Of a stretch of 64,000 bases of DNA, positions 1 through 10,119 are shown one piece after another. Position 1 is the stretch's first letter. The number at the start of each line of letters is the position of its first letter. The DNA comes from an uncultured Christensenella sp. (GTDB lineage Bacteria; Bacillota; Clostridia; Christensenellales; UBA1242): contig CAJUBT010000005.1 of assembly GCA_910584815.1 (NCBI GenBank), positions 21,222 through 85,221 on the forward strand, written 5' to 3'. The position numbers and the translations under genes are program-made. The notes beneath the pieces are model-generated. The model saw nothing but the letters and a program-made list of their open reading frames with translations. It was not told the origin of the DNA and made no database searches.

Positions 1-348
1 AATTCAGATAAAGTTTCTTCCATTTTATGCGATGTTATTGGAGATATAAGCGGAATTCTATGTGGTGTTAGTGGAACAACTATCACAATAATTTTATCTT
101 CAACATTTAAAATTGTAAGCTTAAACATTTTGTTTGGTTCCATTGTAAGTGCTATAATAGCTGGTTTAACAGTGCTTTTTAAAGCAATAGCAAAAAATTA
201 TGCTGTAAACAATTCTTTAAAACTTGTAAAATCTACTGCCAAATTTATGGAAGTTTTAGAAAATATTTTTAAAAAATTTAAACGAAAAAAGAAAAATAAA
301 TCTTCCGAAAATAAATTAAACAATTCTAACAAAATCAGCAATGCCTAA
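1..348 (+). CDS. C-terminal fragment of a hydrophobic membrane protein (ORF open to the window edge)
   Basis: Frame 1 is open from base 1 to the TAA at 346-348. It has hydrophobic/Gly-rich stretches (GDISGILCGVSGTTITIILS, SIVSAIIAGLTVLF) and a Lys-rich tail. Family not recognised. Confidence 0.4.
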   Translation, partial: NSDKVSSILCDVIGDISGILCGVSGTTITIILSSTFKIVSLNILFGSIVSAIIAGLTVLFKAIAKNYAVNNSLKLVKSTAKFMEVLENIFKKFKRKKKNKSSENKLNNSNKISNA

Positions 349-537
349 AAAATTATAAGAATATCAAAATTTTTTGCAAATTTAAATTATTAAATAACTA
401 AACAAAATTTTTGTTAAAATAGGTTGTGCCAAATTTAAAATATTTATAGGTTATTTGGTTTTTCTTATTATTCATTAAATTATTATTTTTTAATTTTTAT
501 TAAAATAAAAATATATTTACTATTTATATTTTATCAA

Positions 538-589
538 AATGAATATTTATGCATTAATTATTGCATAAATATTTATTTTATTGTATAAT
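538..589 (+). promoter_or_regulatory. argR promoter overlapped by two ARG-box-like operators
   Basis: Perfect 12-bp inverted repeat AATATTTATGCA (542-553) / TGCATAAATATT (562-573). Each half sits in a sequence close to the ARG-box core TGAAT-N4-ATTCA (TGAATATTTATGCA; TGCATAAATATTTA). -35 TTGCAT 561-566, 17-bp spacer, -10 TATAAT 584-589, about 40 nt before the argR ATG. Confidence 0.5.
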
Positions 590-627
590 TAAATGTATTA
601 TAAAACATATGTAAGAGGGTTTATTTT

Positions 628-1083
628 ATGGCACGAAATGTAAGACAATCAAAAATTTTAGAGTTAATTTCTAATTTTGAAATAGAAACACAAGAAGAAC
701 TTGTAAACAAGTTAAGGGAGCAAAATTATGATGTTACTCAAGCAACTATAAGTAGAGATATAAAGGAATTAGGGCTAATAAAAGTTTTATCTTCTCAAAG
801 TGGGAAGTATAAATATGCTTTTGCAGAAACTATTAATCAAACTTCTAATAAATATTTGTTTTTATTAAAAGAATCTGTAATTTCATTAAAAATAGCTAAC
901 AACTTTGTTGTTTTAAGAACTTTAAAAGACACAGCAAGCTCTGTTTGTGCTATGATAGATAAGTTTAATTTGGAAGATGTTTTAGGCAGTGTTAACGGGA
1001 ATGATACAGTTATGATAATTTTTTCTACAAATGAGCAAGCATTATTAGCACTAAATAAATTAGAGAATATTATCAATTCCTAA
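628..1083 (+). CDS. argR: Arginine repressor ArgR/AhrC
   Basis: 151 aa. N-terminal winged-helix segment QEELVNKLREQNYDVTQATISRDIKELGLIKV and C-terminal GSVNGNDTVMIIF (GTIAGDDT-like) are typical of ArgR. RBS AGAGGG. Synteny with recN. Confidence 0.9.
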   Translation: MARNVRQSKILELISNFEIETQEELVNKLREQNYDVTQATISRDIKELGLIKVLSSQSGKYKYAFAETINQTSNKYLFLLKESVISLKIANNFVVLRTLKDTASSVCAMIDKFNLEDVLGSVNGNDTVMIIFSTNEQALLALNKLENIINS

Positions 1084-1164
1084 AACAAATGTACTATATC
1101 TATTGCATTTTTTACATAAATTTGTTATATTAACTCTAGAAAAAATCTTTAGGAAAATAAAGAA

Positions 1165-2856
1165 ATGTTAAAAAATTTAGAAATACAAAATGTAGCTTTG
1201 ATAGACAATGTTAATTTGGAGTTTTCTCCAAATTTAAATGTTTTAAGTGGTGAAACGGGCGCAGGTAAGAGTATTATTGTAGATGCTCTTAACTTTGTTA
1301 TTGGTGCAAAACAAAATAAAGGCCTTATTAAACAGGGTAAACCTTTTATGAAGGTTCAAGCACTTTTTTCATCTCCATTTAGTAAAGATATACATACTTT
1401 ATTAACTGATTACGACGTTGAAGACCAAGATGAAATTTTAATTATGCGTAAACTCACAAGTGAAGGGAAAAATGATATTAAACTAAATGGCACCACAATA
1501 ACCCTTAATATGTTAAAAAATTTAACTTCTTTACTTATTGATATACACGGGCAGCACGAACATCAGCATTTACTTAAAGATAAATTTCATTTGCAAATAG
1601 TTGATATGTTTATTAAAGATAAATCAATATTTACCGAATATGAAGAGAAATTAAATAATTTAAAAAATATTCAATTACAAATTAAAAAATTAAATGGTTC
1701 AACAGAAAATCAAGAGAGAATGTTGGATTTATTAGATTATCAAATAAAAGAAATTGAACAGGCAAAATTAGTTATTGGTGAAGATGATGAACTTTTACAA
1801 AAAAAAGTGGCTATGCTTAACTATGAAAAAATTTATGAATCATTATCCGCTGCTATAAACGAAATTGATGGTCAAAATTCAACTATAAATTCTATAAAAA
1901 AAGCACAGTTAAATTTAAATAATATAACCAAATTCGATGAAACTTTGTTAGAAATAACAAATAGAATAGAAAGCACTAAGTTTGAACTTATTGACATCTC
2001 AGAAACCCTTAAAGTTAAAAAAGAAGAGTGTTTTTTTAATCAAAGTGAATTTAATGAAATAGATGAACGACTAGATAAAATTAAACTTATAAAGAAAAAA
2101 TATGGTGCAACTATTGAAGATGTTTTAAAATACTTAGAAAAATCTAAGCAAGAATATGAAACTATTTTAAATAGCAAATCGAACTTAGTTAAATGTTTAG
2201 AAGAAAAGAAAGTTATTTTAAAAGAAATCTTTACTATTGCAAATAAAATTTCTAATATGAGAAGGCAACTTTCTAAAAATTTTGAATATAGTGTTAAAAC
2301 CGAACTATCAAGCCTTGGTATGAAAGATGCCGATTTTAAAGTATATTTTTCCGATTTTGTTACAGAAGATACTATAGAAAATAAATTAACACCTACTGGT
2401 TGTGATGAAGTTAAATTTTTGTTTTCTGCAAATGCAGGTCAAAGCTTAAAGCCTTTAAGTGAAATAATATCAGGTGGAGAAGCTAGCAGATTTATGCTGG
2501 CACTAAAAAATATTTTAGCAGAAATTGATGAAATATCTTCTATGGTATTTGATGAAATTGATACAGGAATCAGTGGTGATATGGGTTATCAAGTGGCTTG
2601 TAAACTTGCAAATATATCTAAAACACATCAAGTAATGTCTGTTTCTCATTTGCCACAAATTTGTGCTATGGCAGATAAAAACATTAAAATAGAAAAATAT
2701 ACAAAAGATAACGAAACTTTTGTTAATGCTAGAAATTTAAACTCTAATGAAACCTTGTTAGAGATTGCAAGACTTTCTGGGGGAACACAAGATAGTTCTG
2801 TTTCCTTAGAGCACGCAAAAGAACTTAAAAATAGGTGTAATGCATATAAAAGTTAA
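1165..2856 (+). CDS. recN: DNA repair protein RecN
   Basis: 563 aa. Walker A GETGAGKS, long coiled-coil middle, SMC-like signature SGGEASR and Walker B MVFDEIDTGISG. Confidence 0.93.
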   Translation: MLKNLEIQNVALIDNVNLEFSPNLNVLSGETGAGKSIIVDALNFVIGAKQNKGLIKQGKPFMKVQALFSSPFSKDIHTLLTDYDVEDQDEILIMRKLTSEGKNDIKLNGTTITLNMLKNLTSLLIDIHGQHEHQHLLKDKFHLQIVDMFIKDKSIFTEYEEKLNNLKNIQLQIKKLNGSTENQERMLDLLDYQIKEIEQAKLVIGEDDELLQKKVAMLNYEKIYESLSAAINEIDGQNSTINSIKKAQLNLNNITKFDETLLEITNRIESTKFELIDISETLKVKKEECFFNQSEFNEIDERLDKIKLIKKKYGATIEDVLKYLEKSKQEYETILNSKSNLVKCLEEKKVILKEIFTIANKISNMRRQLSKNFEYSVKTELSSLGMKDADFKVYFSDFVTEDTIENKLTPTGCDEVKFLFSANAGQSLKPLSEIISGGEASRFMLALKNILAEIDEISSMVFDEIDTGISGDMGYQVACKLANISKTHQVMSVSHLPQICAMADKNIKIEKYTKDNETFVNARNLNSNETLLEIARLSGGTQDSSVSLEHAKELKNRCNAYKS

Positions 2857-3039
2857 TTATAAATGAATTAAAATTAAAAATTGTTATTCTAAAAATAAAA
2901 CTATTTTCTATATAATAATTTTTAAAAATTAAAAAATATAAAGTATTAATTATACAAAAAGTAACTTAGATTAAAATTACATTTTTTTCTAGGTTATTTT
3001 TTACATAAAATTAAATAAAAAAATAAAACTAAATATTGT

Positions 3040-4299
3040 ATGATTAACGCAAAAAAAAATAGTAAGTTAAAAATAGCATTAATAACTTTAGCAGTTGTGT
3101 TTTTTTCAATTGCTATCTTTATTGTTTTTTCTATTCCATTTGCTAAGATATACGATTTTTCAAATAATTGCTATTTAACAGCAAACGATTTGTTCGCAAT
3201 AGAAAAATCAGATTTATTTGGTTGGGCAGTTAAGGTTAAAGTTAAAGATAACACAGCAATGCAAACTGCAAAACTTAATTTAAATGAAGATATTGAACCA
3301 GAAATTGAATTTAAGCTATTTAATTTAATTCCAATAAAATCTCAAAAAGTTAAAATTATAAGAGATGATAAAGTTCTTATTGGCGGTTCTGCAATTGGGC
3401 TTGTTTTAAAAACCGAGGGCGTTCTTGTGGTGGGTAGTAGTCCAATAGCAACCTTAGATGGCGAAAAAGACACTATAGAAGATGAAATTTTACAAATTGG
3501 AGACATTATAACCCAAATAGAAAATGAAACTGTGGAAGGTGTTTCAAGTGTTTCTAGAATTGTAAATAAAAAAGAAAATGCAGATAGGGAACTTACTATT
3601 AAAGGAATCAGAAAGAATAAAGAATTTACCACAAAATTAAAACCTTGTTATGATGTAAAAAGTGGCAAATATAAACTAGGTGTTTGGGTTAGGGATGATG
3701 CTTCTGGAATTGGAACTTTAACTTTCATAAATTCAAAAAACAGATTTGGTGCTTTGGGTCATCCAATTTGTGATAGTGACACAAAAACCCCAATAGGTTT
3801 AAAAGAAGGTAAAGTTTATAACTGTTCTGTATTAGGCATTAATAAAGGTAGCGCAGGCAATCCAGGTGAAATTAGAGGCCTTTTTATGCAGGGTAAAAAC
3901 GAACAAGGTATAATTGAAAAAAATAATGGTTATGGCGTTTTTGGGAATGTTTATAATGATAGTAACTTTTTGAAAGATTTAAAAGAAATTGAAGTTGGAA
4001 GCAGAACCTTTGTTAAACCTGGTAAAGCTCAAATTAGATGTTGCATAGATGGTAATAAAATAGAAACATTTGACATCGAAATTATAAAAACAAATTATCA
4101 AAACTATTCAAATGATAAAAGTATGGTTATAAGGGTTACAGATGAAAACTTAATTTCTAGAACCGGGGGAATAGTTCAGGGTATGAGTGGTAGCCCTATT
4201 ATTCAAGATGGAAAACTTGTTGGCGCGGTTACTCACGTGTTTATTAACGATGCAACTAAAGGTTTTGGTGTTTATATAGATTGGATGTTAAATCAATAA
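3040..4299 (+). CDS. spoIVB: Stage IV sporulation serine peptidase SpoIVB (S55)
   Basis: 419 aa. N-terminal TM helix, PDZ-like middle, catalytic motifs GALGHPI and GMSGSPI. Conserved recN-spoIVB-spo0A order. Confidence 0.9.
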   Translation: MINAKKNSKLKIALITLAVVFFSIAIFIVFSIPFAKIYDFSNNCYLTANDLFAIEKSDLFGWAVKVKVKDNTAMQTAKLNLNEDIEPEIEFKLFNLIPIKSQKVKIIRDDKVLIGGSAIGLVLKTEGVLVVGSSPIATLDGEKDTIEDEILQIGDIITQIENETVEGVSSVSRIVNKKENADRELTIKGIRKNKEFTTKLKPCYDVKSGKYKLGVWVRDDASGIGTLTFINSKNRFGALGHPICDSDTKTPIGLKEGKVYNCSVLGINKGSAGNPGEIRGLFMQGKNEQGIIEKNNGYGVFGNVYNDSNFLKDLKEIEVGSRTFVKPGKAQIRCCIDGNKIETFDIEIIKTNYQNYSNDKSMVIRVTDENLISRTGGIVQGMSGSPIIQDGKLVGAVTHVFINDATKGFGVYIDWMLNQ

Positions 4300-4589
4300 T
4301 TACTAACAATTTTAAAATTTCTATATGATTTAAATTATGAATAAATACAATTTAATTTATATTATAAATAAAATAGACAAAATAAAAACATTTTTTGTCT
4401 ATTTTTAATGTTTTTTTACAAAAATATATATACTTCAACAAAAACCAATTAAAAACGCGATAAATTTAAAATAATTGTGTAAAAAATAATTAAAAATGTA
4501 TAAAATTGTAAAAAAATATTAAAAAATACTTGATTTTATTCTTAAAATTAGTAAAATAGCTATATTGTTTAAAAGGAATTATAAATATT

Positions 4590-5300
4590 ATGAATAAATT
4601 AACATCATTGTTCTATTCTAAAAATGCGAATTCAGATATTGCATATCAAATAAAAACCACATTAAACAAATTTAATTATTTTACAATATATGTACAAGAC
4701 ATAGATGATATTATTCTAAAAAAGTTTGCTAACATAAACTTTTTAATTTTAGATTATACCGACAATGTGCTAGATTCAAAATCGCAACAATTAATATCAA
4801 AGTTGGTAGACTTAGGATATATAAAAAGGATACTCATAATTAAATCTTTTGTAGATGTAAAAGAATATCAATATCCAGCAATTTCATATAATTCCAATTT
4901 TGTAGAAAATTTAAATAATGTTGTTACCAAAATACTTTCCACACCAACAAACAATTTAAAAGTTTGTGATGCTCTTTGTGTTAAAATTATTGGTAACTAT
5001 TTAACAAGCATAGGTTTTTCACTTAGGCATATAGGGTATTCTATGTTAATTGATACTATAACATATTTATATGCTAATAATTGTACAATACGAAGTTTAA
5101 ATAAAGATATTTATGTTTATCTTGCAAATAAGTACGATAAAAAGGTTTCTTCTGTAGAAATGAATTTAAGAAAATCTATTTCACTTGCTCATAGCAGAAG
5201 TAAAAATTTTCCGTTTAACTATTCACCAACAAATAAGGAATTCATTACTCATACTGTAACAGAACTTTACGATAAAATTTATGCAAACAGAGTTATATAA
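4590..5300 (+). CDS. spo0A: Spo0A-family sporulation regulator with a divergent receiver domain
   Basis: 236 aa. The C-terminal half aligns by eye to the Spo0A_C DNA-binding domain (HIGYSMLIDTI..., YVYLANKYDKKVSSVEMNLRKSISLAHSRS, PTNKEFI). It sits directly after spoIVB as in Bacillus and Clostridium. The N-terminal half is receiver-sized but poorly conserved. Confidence 0.75.
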   Translation: MNKLTSLFYSKNANSDIAYQIKTTLNKFNYFTIYVQDIDDIILKKFANINFLILDYTDNVLDSKSQQLISKLVDLGYIKRILIIKSFVDVKEYQYPAISYNSNFVENLNNVVTKILSTPTNNLKVCDALCVKIIGNYLTSIGFSLRHIGYSMLIDTITYLYANNCTIRSLNKDIYVYLANKYDKKVSSVEMNLRKSISLAHSRSKNFPFNYSPTNKEFITHTVTELYDKIYANRVI

Positions 5301-5377
5301 GTAATAAATTAAATATTAATTAGTATTTATATATTAGGGGGAAAGTGGAAAAAATTTTCTTTTCACATTAACTTAAT

Positions 5378-5989
5378 TTGCAAAATACTAGGTATATTTT
5401 TTTCGATAATTTAAAAAGATTTTTTGCCTTGAATAAAGGTATGATTATTTTTATTTGTTCATTAATAACTCTTGGTTTTGTAACAGGTGTATTCACAACA
5501 TTAAAACTTGGTCAGGAGTTTACTTTAAATTTAATTCAAAACATAGCCCTTAAAAAATTTTTATTAAAAGATTATGGCTTTTTTGGTTTTTTATTTTTAA
5601 GTTTACTTTTTAGTTTGGTTTATATAGTTTTATGTTTCTTTTTTTCTTATTTCAAAATAGGAAGAATAACTTGCATTTTGTTTTTTATCTATTTAGCCTA
5701 TTTAATAGGCATAGATTTTATAATTCTTATTAAATGTTTAGGTTCTCTAAGGGGCATATTTTTTGCACTTTTAGGTTATTTAGTTTGGCGGTTCCTTGCC
5801 TTATTTTTACTATATATTTTTATTTTTAAAGCAGGCTATTATAATAAACAACTTTCTTGTTATGGTAGATGTTCAATAAGCGAAGTTACTAAGAAACTTT
5901 TAATAACTTTTTTATTGGCTAGTGCTATTATTGTGTTTTTGCAAGCACTGATACTTTTAATACTTTGTAAATTTTTTGTTTTTATTTAA
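5378..5989 (+). CDS. Polytopic membrane protein, possibly SpoIIM-like
   Basis: 203 aa with a TTG start and 5-6 predicted TM helices. Size and topology resemble SpoIIM/DUF95, but no diagnostic motif was recognised. Confidence 0.35.
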   Translation: MQNTRYIFFDNLKRFFALNKGMIIFICSLITLGFVTGVFTTLKLGQEFTLNLIQNIALKKFLLKDYGFFGFLFLSLLFSLVYIVLCFFFSYFKIGRITCILFFIYLAYLIGIDFIILIKCLGSLRGIFFALLGYLVWRFLALFLLYIFIFKAGYYNKQLSCYGRCSISEVTKKLLITFLLASAIIVFLQALILLILCKFFVFI

Positions 5990-6068
5990 TAAATTAATAA
6001 AAGTTCTAGCAGTTTTATTATTTTTATGCTAAAATATAATTAGTTTTTAATAAGGTAGGTGCAAAATT

Positions 6069-6887
6069 ATGAATAATAATGTAGACGAAGTTGTTAAAAA
6101 AATTAAAAGCAAAATTGATGTTAAAGGTAGTTACATTGGTGTAATTATAAGCGTTAGTTATTCTGAATTTGCAGATGAAATTACCGATAAAAAAGAATTG
6201 ACTTTTGAAGAAATTGGAATAAGAACACTCGGTAAGGATATGATGCAAAACAAAGTTATATTTGGTAAATTAGGCGATAAAAATGTTATTGTAATGCTTG
6301 GTAGAATTCATTATTCAAGAGGTTATGAAGCAGCTGAGGTTGCAACGCCAATTTATGTGTTAAAAGAACTTGGTTGCGAAAAACTTATACTTTGTAATTC
6401 TGTTGGTGCAATCACCAAAAAGTTTAGGGTAGGAGATATATTCACTGCAGAAGACCATCTAAATTTTACTGCAAGAAATCCACTTTATAAATGCGACTGC
6501 ACAGAAAAATATGGGAAAAGATTTATTGATATGTCTGATGCATACGATAAAGAACTTATCGACTTGCTTGTTAAAACTGCAAAGGAAGAAATGGCAATAA
6601 AAGTTAAAAAGGGTGTATTTTTAGAAATGCCAGGCCCTTCAGCTGAAACTCCTGCTGAATCTAATTTTATGGCAGAACTTGGGGCAGATGTGGAAGGCTT
6701 TAATAATTGTAGTGAAGTTATTGCAGCAAAATATTGCAAACTTCCAGTTATAACTTATGCACTTGTAACAAATTATGCAGCCGCATATACAAACAATAAA
6801 ATTAAACACGAAGATATTGTTTATAACAGAAAGTGTGGCGGGACCTATTATCTAGAACTTTTATCAAGATTAATTAAAAACATTTAA
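6069..6887 (+). CDS. Purine nucleoside phosphorylase (PunA-type, PNP_UDP_1 family)
   Basis: 272 aa. GRIHYSRGYE, LILCNSVGAI and EMPGPSAETPAE match the PNP family pattern. RBS AGGTAGGTG. Confidence 0.8.
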   Translation: MNNNVDEVVKKIKSKIDVKGSYIGVIISVSYSEFADEITDKKELTFEEIGIRTLGKDMMQNKVIFGKLGDKNVIVMLGRIHYSRGYEAAEVATPIYVLKELGCEKLILCNSVGAITKKFRVGDIFTAEDHLNFTARNPLYKCDCTEKYGKRFIDMSDAYDKELIDLLVKTAKEEMAIKVKKGVFLEMPGPSAETPAESNFMAELGADVEGFNNCSEVIAAKYCKLPVITYALVTNYAAAYTNNKIKHEDIVYNRKCGGTYYLELLSRLIKNI

Positions 6888-7207
6888 TTTTTTACATAAA
6901 GTTTTTTGTGTTTTATTTAAGTTATAATATTAAAAGAAAAAGATAAGTTTATTTTAAAATTTTAATTCTTCAATAATTATAAAAATTTTTTAAAAAATTT
7001 AATTTTATTAAAACAAGTTATTTGGCTAAAAGGCCTGTAGCTTGTTTTTTTAAAATTTAATTAATTTATTACTATCATAAATTAAAAAATTATTACATAG
7101 AATTTTGTTATGTCTTTTTTATTGGATTTTTTTGTTTTTTTAAGCAAAATGTAATAAATATTTACATTTTTTTTGCAAATAATAATAAAAAAAGGAGAAT
7201 AAATTTT

Positions 7208-8386
7208 ATGAAAAAATCTTTTTTCTGTTTTGTTTTATTGTTTGTAATTGGAGTGGTTTTTGCAATTAATTATGCAAAGCCTGTAGTTTCTTTTGCTAGT
7301 GCAACACAGTCAGATGATAAATATTCTGCCAAAAGTTTATATTTAATGGATTATAATAGTGGTCAAGTTTTATATGAAAAAAATGCAAATGATAAAATTC
7401 CTGTTGCAAGTATAGTTAAACTTATGACAATACTTTTAACTTGCGAGAATATTGAAAACAAAAATCTAAGTTTAGAGGACAAAGTTACTGCTTCCTATAA
7501 GGCTTCCAGTATGGGAGGGTCTCAAGTTTTTATTGAAGAAGACGGAGAGTATTCTATAGGAGATTTATTAAAAAGCACAATAGTAAGTTCCGCAAACGAT
7601 GCCAGTGTTCTTTTGGCAGAAACAATAGCAGGCAGTGAAGAAGATTTTGTAACGCTGATGAATAAAAGGGCAAAAGAATTAAATTTAACAAACACTAATT
7701 ATGTAAATTGTACAGGGTTACCAGCAAGTAATCAATTTTCTTGCGCTAGCGATACAGCAAAACTTTTAAAAGAAGTTACTAAGCACGACGCTTATCATAA
7801 ATATAGCACAATTTGGATAGACACTTTAAAACATCCTAAAGGAAGAGAAACTGAACTTGTAAACACAAATAAATTAATTAGATACTTTGAAGGTTGTGAT
7901 GGCGGTAAAACAGGCTCAACAAATGAAGCAGGCTATTGTTTAAGTGCAACAGCAAAGCGAGGTGGCACAAGACTTATAGGTGTTGTTCTTGGAGCAGAAA
8001 ATGGTAAGGCAAGATTTAGTGAAACTTCTAAACTATTAAACTATGGCTTCAGTAACTTTGAAAGCAAACTTGCTGTAGATAGCAAAATTAATTTAAAAGA
8101 TAAAGTTTCTGTAAAATCTGGCAGAGAAGAAAATGTTTCAGTAAAGCCATTAAATGATGTTTATGTACTTGTCAATAAACATTCTAATGAAAAAATTCAA
8201 GTAGATGTAAAATTAAATAGTGCTGTTAAAGCCCCTATTAAGTCTGGCACAATTCTAGGTAAAATATATGTAATTAAAAATGGAGAGGTAATTGCAGAAA
8301 CAGATGCCATAAGTGTTGAAGATGTTGCAAAAAATAATATACTTGATAGTTTTGAAAAAACAATTAACAATTGGGCTTTAATTTAA
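7208..8386 (+). CDS. D-alanyl-D-alanine carboxypeptidase (S11, DacB/DacF-like)
   Basis: 392 aa. Signal peptide, SxxK (SIVKLMT), SxN (SANDAS), KTG (KTGST). RBS AGGAGA. Confidence 0.88.
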   Translation: MKKSFFCFVLLFVIGVVFAINYAKPVVSFASATQSDDKYSAKSLYLMDYNSGQVLYEKNANDKIPVASIVKLMTILLTCENIENKNLSLEDKVTASYKASSMGGSQVFIEEDGEYSIGDLLKSTIVSSANDASVLLAETIAGSEEDFVTLMNKRAKELNLTNTNYVNCTGLPASNQFSCASDTAKLLKEVTKHDAYHKYSTIWIDTLKHPKGRETELVNTNKLIRYFEGCDGGKTGSTNEAGYCLSATAKRGGTRLIGVVLGAENGKARFSETSKLLNYGFSNFESKLAVDSKINLKDKVSVKSGREENVSVKPLNDVYVLVNKHSNEKIQVDVKLNSAVKAPIKSGTILGKIYVIKNGEVIAETDAISVEDVAKNNILDSFEKTINNWALI

Positions 8387-8461
8387 GAAATTTTACTAAT
8401 TTTGTAAAAAGCCTATATGGGTTAAATTTGTTTGCTTAATAAAAGTAAATATAATATAATT

Positions 8462-8504
8462 AAGAGGTTAGATTAACTTTAAAAATCTAATCTCTTATTT
8501 TTTT
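8462..8504 (+). terminator. Rho-independent terminator after the dac gene
   Basis: 13-bp stem AAGAGGTTAGATT / AATCTAATCTCTT (one mismatch) followed by ATTTTTTT. Confidence 0.55.
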
Positions 8505-8522
8505 AAAAGGGTTAAATTACTA

Positions 8523-9206
8523 ATGCTTTATAGTATATTATTTAGAAATAACTCCTTGCCATTTCATTACAGGCTAATTATGTTCTTTACTTATGCTTTA
8601 GCTGTTATGGTAGCGCTTACTATTCACGAATTTTCACACGCATTTATTGCACATAAGTTAGGAGATAACACTGCAAAAAATCAGGGGAGAATGAGCCTAA
8701 ACCCTATGGTTCATTTTGATGTTGTTGGCATAATTTGTTTTTTATTTTTAGGGTTTGGGTGGGCAAAGCCAGTACCTATAAATGCTTATAACTTTAAAAA
8801 CATAAAAAGAGATACTTTCTTAGTTAGTATAGCTGGAATAGTTGCAAATTTAATACTTGTAATAATTTTTTGCCCGTTATCAATTTTATTTCAAAGTTTA
8901 GGAGATTCCTTTGTGGTTTTTATTTTCTATGCTTTGTTTACTTACCTTTATCAAACAAACCTAGTTTTTATGGTATTTAACTTATTGCCAATAGGGCAGT
9001 TAGATGGCTTTAATGCGTTAGCATCTCAACTTAAATATACAAATAAGTATGTATTATTTATGCAGAGATATGGCACATATGTAATGCTTGGAGTTATATT
9101 AGTTTTTTCTTTAACAAATATATTTTCCTATTTAGTTAGTTATGTAGGTTATCCAATAGAAGCCTTATGGCGATTAATACTTGGTAAACCTCTTCCAGTA
9201 TTATAA
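8523..9206 (+). CDS. M50-family (site-2 protease-like) membrane metalloprotease
   Basis: 227 aa, multi-pass, with HEFSHAF (HExxH) inside a TM helix and a downstream LLPIGQLDG motif. Confidence 0.8.
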   Translation: MLYSILFRNNSLPFHYRLIMFFTYALAVMVALTIHEFSHAFIAHKLGDNTAKNQGRMSLNPMVHFDVVGIICFLFLGFGWAKPVPINAYNFKNIKRDTFLVSIAGIVANLILVIIFCPLSILFQSLGDSFVVFIFYALFTYLYQTNLVFMVFNLLPIGQLDGFNALASQLKYTNKYVLFMQRYGTYVMLGVILVFSLTNIFSYLVSYVGYPIEALWRLILGKPLPVL

Positions 9207-9327
9207 ATTTTTAAAATACAAATAAATTTTTTTAGTAAATATGTATCACAAGTGCAGACTTTTTTATTTGAATTAAAACTAAAATTATAAATTATTTACT
9301 ATTTATTAAAACAAAAGGTGTTAATTT

Positions 9328-10119
9328 ATGAAAAACGAAAAAGATGAAAGACTTAAAGAACAATTAGAGTCGTTTGACACAGGCTGCAAGTTTAAGTTAG
9401 AAAACTTTGAAGGTCCACTAGATTTACTTCTTCACCTTATAAAAGAAGCAAAAGTAGAAATTTCAGAAGTAAAATTAGCTGACATTACTGAACAATATTT
9501 AGACTATATGGCAGGGCTTGAAGAACTTGACCTTGAAAAAGCTAGTGACTTTATAGATATAGCTGCAACTTTAATTGAAATAAAGTCTAAATCCTTATTG
9601 CCAAGAGAAGTTGAAGAAGGAGAGACAGAAGAGGAAGACCCTGAAAAAATGCTTCTTAGACAAATTAAAGAATATAAACTATTTAAAGAAGCAAGTGAAA
9701 GATTAAAGCAATATGAGGATGTAAACAAATTTTATAAGCCTGCAGATGAAACCGTTAACGACTATAGATATGTTTTAAAGGAAATGAATATAGAAGGACT
9801 TCTTAATGCCTTTGCAAAAATGTTAACTAAGGTTAAAAAAGAAGCAGAAGAAATTGTTCCTAAGAAAATTGAAAAAGATAGATTTACCGTTGCAGAAAAA
9901 ATTATATCTATAAGGCAAAATATATTAGAAAAAAAGAGAATGAGATTTTCTGACTTTTTTGAAGAAGACTACACAAGAAGCGAAATGATTAATTTATTTT
10001 TAGCTGTTTTAGAACTACTTAAAATGCAAGAAATTTTAGTAAGACAACAATCAATTTATGAAGATATTGATATAGAACTAAAAGAAAAAGAGTTAAGTGA
10101 GGTACAATATGCAAACTGA
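9328..10119 (+). CDS. scpA: Segregation and condensation protein A (kleisin)
   Basis: 263 aa. The FEGPLDLLLHLI motif and acidic middle are typical of ScpA. Overlaps scpB. Confidence 0.9.
   Translation: MKNEKDERLKEQLESFDTGCKFKLENFEGPLDLLLHLIKEAKVEISEVKLADITEQYLDYMAGLEELDLEKASDFIDIAATLIEIKSKSLLPREVEEGETEEEDPEKMLLRQIKEYKLFKEASERLKQYEDVNKFYKPADETVNDYRYVLKEMNIEGLLNAFAKMLTKVKKEAEEIVPKKIEKDRFTVAEKIISIRQNILEKKRMRFSDFFEEDYTRSEMINLFLAVLELLKMQEILVRQQSIYEDIDIELKEKELSEVQYAN

Noticed and set aside
837-1076. Antisense shadow ORFs throughout the track. Examples: 837-1076, 3342-3632, 6024-6248, 6485-6739, 9504-9728, 13624-14131, 17067-17294, 19474-19689, 28499-28711, 37626-37871, 44457-44702, 46518-46781, 50552-50758, 51873-52103, 53186-53410, 62777-63076, 63512-63988
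   Set aside because: Each lies entirely within a longer, motif-supported gene on the opposite strand or in another frame, and has low-complexity or hydrophobic composition typical of A/T-rich antisense frames.
1083-1094. Possible LexA box AAACAAATGTAC upstream of recN
   Set aside because: It has two mismatches to GAAC-N4-GTTC in extremely A/T-rich DNA, which is too weak to call without a genome-derived matrix.
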